Part shown: piece after piece, positions 1 to 8,479 of the stretch | Layout of the letters: each line of letters begins with the position of its first letter | Position numbering within the stretch: the stretch's first letter is position 1 | From: an archaeon | GTDB lineage: Archaea > Aenigmatarchaeota > Aenigmatarchaeia > GW2011-AR5 | Assembly (NCBI GenBank): GCA_035289405.1 | Contig: DATDXH010000092.1 | Coordinates: forward strand, 1-27,857 | Direction of reading: 5' to 3' | DNA length: 27,857 nt | Translations under genes and position numbers: made by a program | Notes under the pieces: model-generated | The model's input: only the letters and a program-made list of their open reading frames with translations | What the model was told of the DNA's origin: nothing | Database searches by the model: none

Positions 1-1
1 A

Positions 2-265
2 AAGAAATTCATGTACATGCCCAATGCATTTGTATGGCACATCAAAACACGACAGGGCGGAGCCGACAAGAACTATGAACATTTTTATTTGTGCGGCAAA
101 TACCACCGGGTCTTTGCAGACAGGTTTTTCCCAAAATGGAAGTCACATTTATCCTGGATATTTTGGTCTGTTTCACCGCCCTGCATATGGCTGTGCGTGC
201 TGCTCGCAATCTACAGACGTGATCTGTCAATACTCAAATGGCACAAGGGTCTTTGGGGATTGTAA
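2..265 (+). CDS. C-terminal fragment of a probable GT2 family glycosyltransferase (5' end outside window)
   Basis: Frame open from base 2: KKFMYMPNAFVWHIKTRQGG resembles the K-x-x-Y-x-P-x-A-x-V-x-H segment at GT2 C-termini, followed by a hydrophobic tail; stop TAA 263-265. Confidence 0.55.
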   Translation, partial: KKFMYMPNAFVWHIKTRQGGADKNYEHFYLCGKYHRVFADRFFPKWKSHLSWIFWSVSPPCIWLCVLLAIYRRDLSILKWHKGLWGL

Positions 266-267
266 AT

Positions 268-359
268 TATAGTTCTCCAAGGAAAATACAATGTCACACC
301 CTTGGAAACTATATGTGAAGCAAATGTGTAATACCGTACTATTTATTTGCTTCATTATA
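268..359. repeat. Two tandem TA-bounded hairpin units
   Basis: 268-313: TATAGTT-c-TCCAAGG / CCTTGGA-AACTATA. 312-359: TATG-TGAAGCAAAT / ATTTGCTTCA-TTATA. The units share the TA at 312-313. Confidence 0.8.
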
Positions 360-375
360 ATTCCATTACTGCACT

Positions 376-390
376 AGAAACACTTTAAAT
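376..390 (+). promoter_or_regulatory. Archaeal BRE/TATA promoter
   Basis: AGAAAC then TTTAAAT (384-390), 29 nt before ATG 413. The same TTTAAATCCTTT string lies at 7316, also 29 nt before an ATG. Confidence 0.65.
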
Positions 391-412
391 CCTTTCTTTC
401 CATCTTCTCCAA

Positions 413-1363
413 ATGCGGGCACTAATAACTGGCATCACGGGGTTCACCGGCAGCCATATGGCCGAGTACCTGCTCAAGAACGGCCACGAAGTCGTTGGAA
501 CCGTACGCGGGCGGAATAGGCAAACAGAATTCATAGACGGCCTCAAGAACAAAATAACACTTCTCGAATGTGACCTTACAGACACGAACTCCGTCTCGCA
601 GACGCTTGACGAGGCTACGCCCGACGTTATATTTCATCTTGCTGCGCAGTCCTTCGTGCCTACAAGCTGGCGGGCTCCGCAGGAAACAATCAACACGAAT
701 GTCATAGGCACACTCAATGTCTTGGAGTCCATGAGGAGGTCAAAAACAGATGCAGTAATCCAGATAGCGGGCAGCAGCGAGGAGTACGGGCTTGTACACG
801 AGAACGAAACGCCAATAAAAGAGACAAACCAGCTGAGGCCGCTAAGTCCGTATGCAGTTTCCAAGGTTGCGCAGGACTTGCTTGGCTACCAGTACCACAA
901 GAGCTACGGAATGAAAGTCGTGCGCACACGCGCATTCAACATAGTTGGGCCTCGCAGCGCAGAGAAAATAGTCACTGCGGCATTCGCCAAACAGATAGCC
1001 GAGATAGAGAGAGGCGCAGAGCCGGTTATACACGTGGGCAATCTTGACGCGTTCAGGGATTTCACGGATGTGCGCGATATAGTACGCGCTTACACACTTG
1101 CGGTCGAGAAGTGTGAGTATGACGAGGTGTACAATATATGCTCAGGGAAGACTTGGAAGATACGGGACGTGCTACAAATGCTGCTTTCTATGTCTACAAA
1201 GAAAATTGAAATACAAGAGGACCAAGCAAGGATGAGACCTAGTGATGTCCAGATACTTCTCGGGGACAATACAAAGTTTCGCAGCAAGACTGGCTGGGCA
1301 CAAAAGATACCATTTGAGCAGACACTGAAAGATGTCATGAATTACTGGAGAAAGAAGGCCTAG
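413..1363 (+). CDS. GDP-sugar SDR enzyme, Rmd-like (GDP-4-keto-6-deoxymannose reductase / Gmd family), paralogue 1
   Basis: GITGFTG Rossmann motif, HLAAQSFV, GSSEEYG, YAVSK catalytic motif, VGNLDAFRDFTDVRD and RPSDV closely resemble characterised Rmd. Confidence 0.85.
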   Translation: MRALITGITGFTGSHMAEYLLKNGHEVVGTVRGRNRQTEFIDGLKNKITLLECDLTDTNSVSQTLDEATPDVIFHLAAQSFVPTSWRAPQETINTNVIGTLNVLESMRRSKTDAVIQIAGSSEEYGLVHENETPIKETNQLRPLSPYAVSKVAQDLLGYQYHKSYGMKVVRTRAFNIVGPRSAEKIVTAAFAKQIAEIERGAEPVIHVGNLDAFRDFTDVRDIVRAYTLAVEKCEYDEVYNICSGKTWKIRDVLQMLLSMSTKKIEIQEDQARMRPSDVQILLGDNTKFRSKTGWAQKIPFEQTLKDVMNYWRKKA

Positions 1364-1608
1364 TAGATTTACACTAAGGTAGTTTTTAGATTTAAAATGT
1401 CTACTATGTTATAGTTAACCAAGTAAAGAATCCGGATATTATAACTTGGTTTACTATGCTCAGAAAGCAAAGCTTTCTGGCATGCCGAAGAACTTTGTTC
1501 TTCGAGCATATGTGACCAACTTGTGTTATACGAGAAAGAACGAAGTTCTTTCTGTACAACAAGAGCTTGCTCTTGTTTGTATACCAAATATTAAGTTGGT
1601 CAACTATA
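1361..1608. repeat. Array of TA-bounded hairpins with two Y-shaped twin-hairpin units
   Basis: Hairpins 1361-1406 (TAGTAGA/TCTACTA) and 1410-1457 (ATAGT-t-AACCAAGT/ACTTGGTT-t-ACTAT); twin hairpin 1457-1508; hairpin 1509-1608 (TGACCAACTT/AAGTTGGTCA) with twin hairpin 1531-1579 in its loop. Confidence 0.85.
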
Positions 1609-1625
1609 ATAGAGGATGTGATTTT

Positions 1626-2588
1626 ATGGACTGGAATGGCGTTAGAGTTCTTGTAACAGGCGCGGACGGGTTTATGGGTTCGCATCTTACAGAGCGGCTT
1701 TTACGTGAAAGGGCAGACGTTTCTGTTTATGTACGCGGAACATCTGACAGTGGCACTGTCCAATACAAGCTGAAAAATATAAACCACATACAAAAGGATC
1801 TTAAATCAATAGTTACTGGCAACATAGGGAATGCCGATTCTATAAAACTAATAGAAAAAAACAATCCACAAATAATTTTTCACCTCGCGGCCGATGCTTA
1901 TGTGCCGAATTCTTTCGAGCACCCTCTTGAGGTTATGGAAACAAATGTCATAGGCACACTAAATGTACTACACGCTTCTATGCACCTGAAAGAACTTCAG
2001 CAGGTTGTTTGTACATCTTCGAGCGAGATATACGGTTCTTCCAGCATACCCATAAACGAGGACCACCCACTCAACCCTACCTCGCCTTATGCCGCATCAA
2101 AGGTGGCTGCAGACAGATATTGCTTTTCTTACTGGAATACCTATAAACTACCCGTTGCGATAATAAGGCCGTTCAACACTTACGGCCCTAGACATACCTA
2201 TGACGTAATACCAAAATTCATCAACCTAGCTCTACAAAACAAGAACCTTACTATATACGGGACTGGAAACCAGACAAGAGATTTTACGTACGTCGACGAC
2301 ATGATAAGCGCATTTATTTTAATGGGATCGGAAAAGAAGGCTATTGGCCAGGCCGTAAATTTTGGCACTTCAAAAGACATAAGCATAAAGGATGTGGCCG
2401 AAAAGATAATAAAAATAAGCAGGTCAGCCGCAAGGACGGTGCATGTGAAAGAAAGACTTGCAGAAGTTACAAGACTTTGCTGCGATTACAATAAGGCTAA
2501 TAAGCTGTTTGGATGGGCCCCTACTATAGGGATAGATGAAGGTCTAAAAAGAAATATAGAATGGGCTTCTGCAAGTACAAAATTCTAG
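1626..2588 (+). CDS. NAD-dependent NDP-sugar 4,6-dehydratase, LegB-like
   Basis: VTGADGFMGSHL, TSSSEIYG, HPLNPTSPYAASKVAAD, RPFNTYGPR and EVTRLCCD match the LegB-like dehydratase group. Start moved to ATG 1626 (GTGAT site upstream); the ORF-track extension runs through the repeat array. Confidence 0.8.
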   Translation: MDWNGVRVLVTGADGFMGSHLTERLLRERADVSVYVRGTSDSGTVQYKLKNINHIQKDLKSIVTGNIGNADSIKLIEKNNPQIIFHLAADAYVPNSFEHPLEVMETNVIGTLNVLHASMHLKELQQVVCTSSSEIYGSSSIPINEDHPLNPTSPYAASKVAADRYCFSYWNTYKLPVAIIRPFNTYGPRHTYDVIPKFINLALQNKNLTIYGTGNQTRDFTYVDDMISAFILMGSEKKAIGQAVNFGTSKDISIKDVAEKIIKISRSAARTVHVKERLAEVTRLCCDYNKANKLFGWAPTIGIDEGLKRNIEWASASTKF

Positions 2589-2607
2589 ACATGAGGCAAT
2601 GATAACG

Positions 2608-3540
2608 ATGCGTATAATTATAATAGGCCCAACACTTTTGACAAGGCATTGTTTGGAGGCAATTATAACAGAAGGCAAAGATGAAATATTGGCTGTTTAC
2701 GTACTCGACGACACATTTGCATGGGTTAAAAGCCGTTTTGCAATTATGGATGATACAGCGCAAAAAAATAACATAAATCTTTACAAGGTATCAAATATAA
2801 ACGACAGGTCTGTAATTGATCAGATTAAAAAATTCCAGCCTGACGTAATTCTCGAGCTTGGCTGGTCCCAGATAATTTCACCTGAGATACTTTTGATACC
2901 TAAAAAGGGCTGTATAGGTGTTCATGCGTCATTGCTGCCTAAGAATAGGGGTGCTGCATCGCTTAATTGGGCACTTATCAAAGGCGAGAAGAAAACGGGC
3001 GTCACACTTTTTTATCTTGCTGAGAGGCCAGATGACGGTGATATAATAGCCCAAAAGGAATTCGCTGCGGACGAACGGGATGACATTGAAACGTTGCACG
3101 CAAAATCAGACCTCGCAAGCGTTGAACTTCTAATGGAAAATATGGGTGCTATAAGAAATGATACTGTTAAAAGAATACCGCAAGACATGAAACAAGTCAC
3201 GTACACACCTAGAAGAAAACCGGAAGACGGGGTAATAAGCTGGACAAGACCCTCCATTGAAATTTACAACTGGGTAAGGGCCCAGTCGCACCCTTTTCCA
3301 GGCTCATTCACATTTTGGAAAAACAAAAAATTATATGTGTGGCGCGTAAAAATTTCTGAATACAAGTCTGTCTCAAGGCCTGGAGAGATTTCCATGATTA
3401 AAAACAAACAGGGCGTACTTGTAAATACGACTGATAACATGATCCTCTTGGAACGTGTTCAATTTGATAATGGAATAGAGATGTGGGCCGATGAACTAGC
3501 AAGAAAATACAACCTTCAAGATGGTGATTTCCTTGGATAA
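2608..3540 (+). CDS. N10-formyl-THF-dependent formyltransferase (Fmt/ArnA N-terminal-like), probably a sugar N-formyltransferase
   Basis: GVHASLLPKNRG, PDDGDII and a C-terminal Fmt-type domain (PEDGVISW...EIYNWVRA...PFPGSFT). Alternative start 2599. Confidence 0.85.
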   Translation: MRIIIIGPTLLTRHCLEAIITEGKDEILAVYVLDDTFAWVKSRFAIMDDTAQKNNINLYKVSNINDRSVIDQIKKFQPDVILELGWSQIISPEILLIPKKGCIGVHASLLPKNRGAASLNWALIKGEKKTGVTLFYLAERPDDGDIIAQKEFAADERDDIETLHAKSDLASVELLMENMGAIRNDTVKRIPQDMKQVTYTPRRKPEDGVISWTRPSIEIYNWVRAQSHPFPGSFTFWKNKKLYVWRVKISEYKSVSRPGEISMIKNKQGVLVNTTDNMILLERVQFDNGIEMWADELARKYNLQDGDFLG

Positions 3541-4669
3541 TAACATAAATAATGCTATGTCATGGCTACTGAATTCCGGAATACAAAATACAAAAGACGA
3601 CAATACTGGCAGTTTTAATGCTTGGTATGACATGTCTACAGGAACCTACCCATTTATTTATTCAGAGATAACTGGGTACGGAATAAGTACACTGGTTTAT
3701 GCAAACTCTATCAACAAGGATGATGCCTACAAGGAACATGCAAAGACTGCGGCCAACTGGATTATAAATTTAATGACTGCGAATGGCAACATTATTGCAA
3801 GAATTTATTCTGGCCACAAACCTGATTTAAAGTATTTTGGTAGTAATGTATCTTACACATTCGATAATGGAATGGTTCTTTCTGGTCTTGTAAGTATTTA
3901 CTTGGCAACAAAAGATGACAAGTACCTACTAGCAGCGATAAAAATTGCAGAATCCATCTTGAAGACGCAAAAAAGTACAGGACTATTCAATGCAGCTTAC
4001 GATGCAGCAACCGGGGAATATATTGATATTCAGGACAAGTGGTCGACACAGTCTGGAAGCTATCACGCAAAGCTTGCCATAGGGCTTCTTGATTTGTACG
4101 AGGCAACACATAATAAAATTTTTAAAGACGCAGCGGTTGGCGTATGCAACGCATCACTTGGGTTGCAGGCTGATGACGGCAGGTTTGTAACACAACAGAA
4201 TGAGAACAGCACACATATGCATCCACACTGCTATTCGGCAGAAGGACTCGTCTACGCGGGAATTGGCCTTGGTGAAAAGCGGTTCCTTGATAGTGCCTTG
4301 CGCGCTGTTAAATGGGCCCTTGATAACCAACTTAGTAATGGTGGCATGCCGTGCAAATATGTCGATGGCAAATTCATTGAACATGAACGCAGCGATACGC
4401 TTGCGCAGGTTCTTAGATTAGGGGTAATCCTGAAGGATATCGGATTGCTCGTTGGTTATGAAAAGCGTCTGGAGCGGCTAGCTTCTAGGCTTGTTCAGTT
4501 CCAAAACACTTCAGTTGATAATAGCGGTGGATTTTTCTACGGAACGGAGCTTGACGGAACAAAAAAACCTCACCTAAATTCGTGGGTGACCATGTTTTCC
4601 ATACAAGCAATGCACATGTACAATAGTTACACAAAAGGCGAAAGAATAGAATTAAAGCCTTTTGTATAG
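3533..4669 (+). CDS. Uncharacterised alpha/alpha-toroid protein (prenyltransferase/squalene-cyclase-repeat-like)
   Basis: Repeated helix + Q-x-x-x-G-x-F motifs (QKSTGLF, QADDGRF, QLSNGGM) and YSEITGY motif. Start TTG 3533 proposed from GGTGAT 5 nt upstream; ATG 3521 and 3557 are alternatives. Confidence 0.6.
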   Translation: MDNNINNAMSWLLNSGIQNTKDDNTGSFNAWYDMSTGTYPFIYSEITGYGISTLVYANSINKDDAYKEHAKTAANWIINLMTANGNIIARIYSGHKPDLKYFGSNVSYTFDNGMVLSGLVSIYLATKDDKYLLAAIKIAESILKTQKSTGLFNAAYDAATGEYIDIQDKWSTQSGSYHAKLAIGLLDLYEATHNKIFKDAAVGVCNASLGLQADDGRFVTQQNENSTHMHPHCYSAEGLVYAGIGLGEKRFLDSALRAVKWALDNQLSNGGMPCKYVDGKFIEHERSDTLAQVLRLGVILKDIGLLVGYEKRLERLASRLVQFQNTSVDNSGGFFYGTELDGTKKPHLNSWVTMFSIQAMHMYNSYTKGERIELKPFV

Positions 4670-4679
4670 CCATAAGTTT

Positions 4680-5927
4680 ATGGATAAAGTTTTTTCTATT
4701 ATAGAAAAAGAAAAACAACGCCAGCTTGATACGTTAGAACTTATCCCTTCGGAGAACTACGTTTCGCAGGCCGTATTAAGGGCTTTAGGGTCTGAAATGA
4801 ATAATAAGTACTCTGAGGGTTACCCTGGCAAGCGCTATTACGGCGGCAACATTTTTGTAGATGAAATAGAGAACATAGCTATAGAACGTGCAAAGAAACT
4901 CTTTGGTACAAACCACGCAAACGTACAGCCCTATTCAGGCAGCCCAGCCAATATGGCGACTTGTTTTGCATTGCTGGAACCAGGTGAAAAATTAATGGGC
5001 ATGAGCCTTTCTTATGGTGGACATCTAACACACGGTCATGCTGTGAACTTTTCAGCCCGATATTACGGCTCTGCGCAGTACCCAACAGGAAAAGACGGGT
5101 GGCTAGACTACGATCTTATAGAAGAAATAGCGAGACGCGAAAGACCAAAACTTATTTTTTGTGGTGCAACAGCCTATTCGCGCGTCTTCGATTTTAGACG
5201 TCTCGGAGAGATAGCGACATCAGTGGATGCATTTCTTGTGGCCGATGTCGCGCACATAGCAGGTCTAATAATCGGGGGCGTTCATCCAACCCCAGTTGGC
5301 ATAGCTGATGTTATTACAACAACTACACACAAGACGCTGCGCGGGCCGAGGGGTGCGATGATATTGTGTAATGGCAACAGTTCTGACCCGCTCAAGGTGC
5401 CGGAAAAGACGCGCAATAACCTACCGTCTCTGATCGATCGTGCAGTATTTCCAGGCTTGCAGGGTGGTCCTCATAACCACACTACGGCCGGTATAGCTGT
5501 TGCTCTTGGCGAGGCATTGGAGCCATCCTTCGCTGAATATGCAAAACAGATAGTCAAAAACGCAAAAGTTTTGGGTGCGACTCTTATAGAGAACGGTCTT
5601 GATGTGGTCACTGGTGGCACTGATAACCACCTATTACTTCTTGACCTAACCAAAATCGGAATCACTGGCAAAGAGGCAGAAACATTACTTGATATTGCTG
5701 GAATAACTGTCAACAAGAATACAGTACCTTTCGATAAAAGAAAACCGTTCGATCCTAGTGGCATAAGACTGGGCACACCTGTCGTGACTACAAGAGGTAT
5801 GAAAGAAAGTCATATGGGGTTAATCGGCGACATGATTGTTGATGTTCTGATCAGGAAAAAGAAACCAGAATATGTTAGGGAGAGTGTGTTCGATCTTTGT
5901 AAAGACTTTCCAGCTTTTGCATGGTGA
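4680..5927 (+). CDS. glyA: Serine hydroxymethyltransferase, bacterial-type
   Basis: PSEN, NKYSEGYPGKRYYGG, NVQPYSGSPAN, GGHLTHG, PLP lysine in TTTTHKTLRGPRG, FPGLQGGP. Confidence 0.96.
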   Translation: MDKVFSIIEKEKQRQLDTLELIPSENYVSQAVLRALGSEMNNKYSEGYPGKRYYGGNIFVDEIENIAIERAKKLFGTNHANVQPYSGSPANMATCFALLEPGEKLMGMSLSYGGHLTHGHAVNFSARYYGSAQYPTGKDGWLDYDLIEEIARRERPKLIFCGATAYSRVFDFRRLGEIATSVDAFLVADVAHIAGLIIGGVHPTPVGIADVITTTTHKTLRGPRGAMILCNGNSSDPLKVPEKTRNNLPSLIDRAVFPGLQGGPHNHTTAGIAVALGEALEPSFAEYAKQIVKNAKVLGATLIENGLDVVTGGTDNHLLLLDLTKIGITGKEAETLLDIAGITVNKNTVPFDKRKPFDPSGIRLGTPVVTTRGMKESHMGLIGDMIVDVLIRKKKPEYVRESVFDLCKDFPAFAW

Positions 5928-5931
5928 TTGT

Positions 5932-6786
5932 ATGGCGGCACAAATACTGGACGGCATGAAAATAGCATCAAGTATAGAGGAAGATGTTAAAAGAGTGCTT
6001 AGTAATTCCGATGTCAAGCCTTCAATAGTATTTTTTGTTGTGGGCGACAACCAAGCAACCAAAGTTTACGTAAGGAAAAAACAGGAGGCATGTGAAAGGG
6101 TTGGAATTTTATCTAATGTTGTCTCATTTAATGGGGACGTTTCGGAGAATGAGTTGATAGAAAAAATACAAGAGGTAAACTCCTCCAACACAACCGGTAT
6201 AATAGTCCAGCTGCCGCTGCCAAAGCATATAAATGAGAACTTAGTCGTCTCATCTATTTCTACGGAAAAAGACGTGGATTGCATGCACCCAGAAAATATA
6301 GGCAAACTTCTCTACTCTTCGGAGCTTGTACCTTGCACTGTGTCAGGGATAATGAGACTTATAGAAGAAACAGGTACAAATGTCGCTGGCAAGAATGTGA
6401 CTGTGATAAACAGGCGACATATAGGTAAGTGCCTTTCCATACTACTGTTAAACATGAAAGCCACCGTGTCGGTGTGCGGACGTAACAGCCAACTAGAACT
6501 TTATACAAAACACGCTGACATAGTAATTAGTGCTGCCGGATCTCCGGGGTTGATAAAAAGAGACATGATAAAACCGGGAGCGGTTGTAATTGATGTTGGA
6601 ATAAGCATGTACGAAGGAAAAATAAGGGGTGATGTAGACGACAACGTCAGAGATATCGCCTCGTTTGTCACGCCTGTGCCGGGCGGCGTAGGTCCCATGA
6701 CAGTTGCAATGTTAATGAAGAATACGTCTGACATGGCTGTGAGAAACTCAATTAGCCATGATTTATACAAGAAACACAACATTTAA
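5932..6786 (+). CDS. folD: Methylenetetrahydrofolate dehydrogenase/cyclohydrolase
   Basis: YVRKK, VQLPLP, KDVD, PCT, VIDVG and TPVPGGVGPMTVAML; GGTGAT site before ATG 5932. Confidence 0.93.
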   Translation: MAAQILDGMKIASSIEEDVKRVLSNSDVKPSIVFFVVGDNQATKVYVRKKQEACERVGILSNVVSFNGDVSENELIEKIQEVNSSNTTGIIVQLPLPKHINENLVVSSISTEKDVDCMHPENIGKLLYSSELVPCTVSGIMRLIEETGTNVAGKNVTVINRRHIGKCLSILLLNMKATVSVCGRNSQLELYTKHADIVISAAGSPGLIKRDMIKPGAVVIDVGISMYEGKIRGDVDDNVRDIASFVTPVPGGVGPMTVAMLMKNTSDMAVRNSISHDLYKKHNI

Positions 6787-6811
6787 TTTTTGTTGTTACA
6801 CGGTGTAATTA

Positions 6812-7252
6812 ATGGAAACTAATTTGATATTATTGATCGCCCTTGGTATTGCATTTAATGTTTCTATAAGGCTAATCTTGCGAGGTTCAAGACATTTTAT
6901 AGGAGTAGATGCTATGCCGGCATTTCCAATTGCCGCTGGTTACCTCTACGGATTTACCGGCGGATTATGGGCGGGTATAGTGATTTCTGTAAGCTATTAT
7001 TTCATGGGTGGCAAGAACATTTCATACGCACCTCTTATAGTTTTAATTAACGCGCTCGTTGGAGCATTTTCTACATTATTTGCTGGCTGGACGTTCGTAA
7101 CGGCAGGATTTTTACTACTTTTTGTTTATCATGCGATTTCGCTGTTCGTAGTCTCTACGTTAAGCGAACCAGGGCCTGGATATTTCACTTTTATGGTGTT
7201 AAATCTCGTATCTTCCGGTTTGATAATTTATTTTGCCTCACAATTTATATGA
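6812..7252 (+). CDS. Small polytopic membrane protein, possibly ECF S-component-like
   Basis: 146 aa, almost entirely hydrophobic, about 5 helices; IAAGYLYGFTGGLWAGIV resembles the helix-2/3 G-P-x-x-G-x-x-x-G pattern of S-components. Confidence 0.5.
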   Translation: METNLILLIALGIAFNVSIRLILRGSRHFIGVDAMPAFPIAAGYLYGFTGGLWAGIVISVSYYFMGGKNISYAPLIVLINALVGAFSTLFAGWTFVTAGFLLLFVYHAISLFVVSTLSEPGPGYFTFMVLNLVSSGLIIYFASQFI

Positions 7253-7315
7253 GTAGTCAGAATTTTAGCGTAGTATATTTCTAGGCTTGTACCAAAATGT
7301 GGTATATTTATGGCG

Positions 7316-7322
7316 TTTAAAT
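7316..7322 (+). promoter_or_regulatory. TATA box
   Basis: TTTAAAT 29 nt upstream of ATG 7345, same context as the 384 box. Confidence 0.6.
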
Positions 7323-7344
7323 CCTTTTTTCAGGTTTGTTATCT

Positions 7345-8457
7345 ATGAAAATCGCCATCATAGTCGGAACAAGACCAGAAATAATAAAATTCAGTCCAAT
7401 AATACGTATATGCGAACGTGATAAAATAGATTATTTTGTAATACATACCGGGCAGCACTACTCGTATGAAATGGACAGCATATTCTTCAAGCAGTTGAAG
7501 TTGCCGCAGCCCAAATACAATCTTGGCATAAAATCTTCGGCGCCTCATCTACAGGGAGAACATACAGGCAAGATGCTGATAGAAATAGAAAAAATACTGC
7601 TGAAGGAAATGCCTTCTATAGTTCTTGTTCTTGGCGATACAAATACTGTTCTCGCGGGCGCACTAACGACGAAGAAAATAACTACTACCAAGTCTTTCAC
7701 AGGATTCGATATCAAACTTGGCCATATCGAAGCTTGTATAAGGAGCCACTGGGACGAGATGCCTGAAGAGGTGAACAGGAAAATAGCAGACCATTTATCG
7801 GATTTTCTTTACGCACCTACAGCCAAGTCAGTCGATAATGCCCATAGGGAGAATATAGACATGAGTAAAATAATTATAACAGGGAACACAATAGTTGATG
7901 CGGTTCATCAGATATCGGAAATAGCGAAAGATGTGAAAATATTGGATGACATGAAACTCGACGGGCAGAAGTATCTTGTTGCAACGATGCATCGCCAAGA
8001 GAATGTCAATTCCGAAAAAAGATTCGTAGGCATATTGAAAGGCCTCGAAAAAATATATAAGAAATATCGTATGCCAATTGTTTATCCTATACATCCCCGT
8101 ACACGAAAAATTATAGATAAGATGGGCATTGTGATGCCTGAAGGCGTGATAGAAACAGAGCCTCTGGGGGTTTTAGAATTTTTCCAGCTGCAGAAAAACG
8201 CATGTTTGGTGCTGACAGATTCTGGAGGAGTTCAGGAGGAAACATGCATATTGGGTGTCCCGTGCGTTACCCTCAGGGATAATACAGAAAGACCAGAAAC
8301 GCTTGATGTTGGAAGCAATATACTGGCAGGCGCCGACCCAGATGTAATACTCTCCTGCGTTGACGAGATGCTGACGAGGCCACGAGAATGGAAAAACCCG
8401 TTTGGCGATGGCAATGCAGCCGAAAAAATTATTCAACATATTCTTAAGAATGTCTAG
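7345..8457 (+). CDS. wecB: UDP-N-acetylglucosamine 2-epimerase (non-hydrolysing)
   Basis: GTRPEIIK, HTGQHY, GDTNT, MPEEVNR, TGNTIVDA, DSGGVQEE, RDNTERPE. Confidence 0.92.
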   Translation: MKIAIIVGTRPEIIKFSPIIRICERDKIDYFVIHTGQHYSYEMDSIFFKQLKLPQPKYNLGIKSSAPHLQGEHTGKMLIEIEKILLKEMPSIVLVLGDTNTVLAGALTTKKITTTKSFTGFDIKLGHIEACIRSHWDEMPEEVNRKIADHLSDFLYAPTAKSVDNAHRENIDMSKIIITGNTIVDAVHQISEIAKDVKILDDMKLDGQKYLVATMHRQENVNSEKRFVGILKGLEKIYKKYRMPIVYPIHPRTRKIIDKMGIVMPEGVIETEPLGVLEFFQLQKNACLVLTDSGGVQEETCILGVPCVTLRDNTERPETLDVGSNILAGADPDVILSCVDEMLTRPREWKNPFGDGNAAEKIIQHILKNV

Positions 8458-8479
8458 GTCAATATGTATTTGTGATTTT

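Noticed and set aside
1446-1625. 60-aa N-terminal extension of the dehydratase in the ORF track
   Set aside because: It lies entirely in the palindrome array and precedes the Rossmann start; ATG 1626 has a GTGAT site.
698-1966. 22/23-nt match between 698-720 and 1944-1966
   Set aside because: It is short and both encode the conserved NVIGTLNV peptide, so protein constraint can explain it.
2608-3540. Calling the gene fmt (methionyl-tRNA formyltransferase)
   Set aside because: The context is archaeal, where initiator tRNA is not formylated, and the gene sits among sugar-pathway genes.
7254-7291. Degenerate TA-bounded hairpin after the membrane protein gene
   Set aside because: The pairing needs a wobble and a bulge; too weak to call without a model search, though it could mark the right edge of the one-carbon cassette.
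7345-8457. WecB HIEACIRS instead of HVEAGLRS, plus a short insertion
   Set aside because: All other catalytic motifs are intact and I cannot judge its significance without an alignment.
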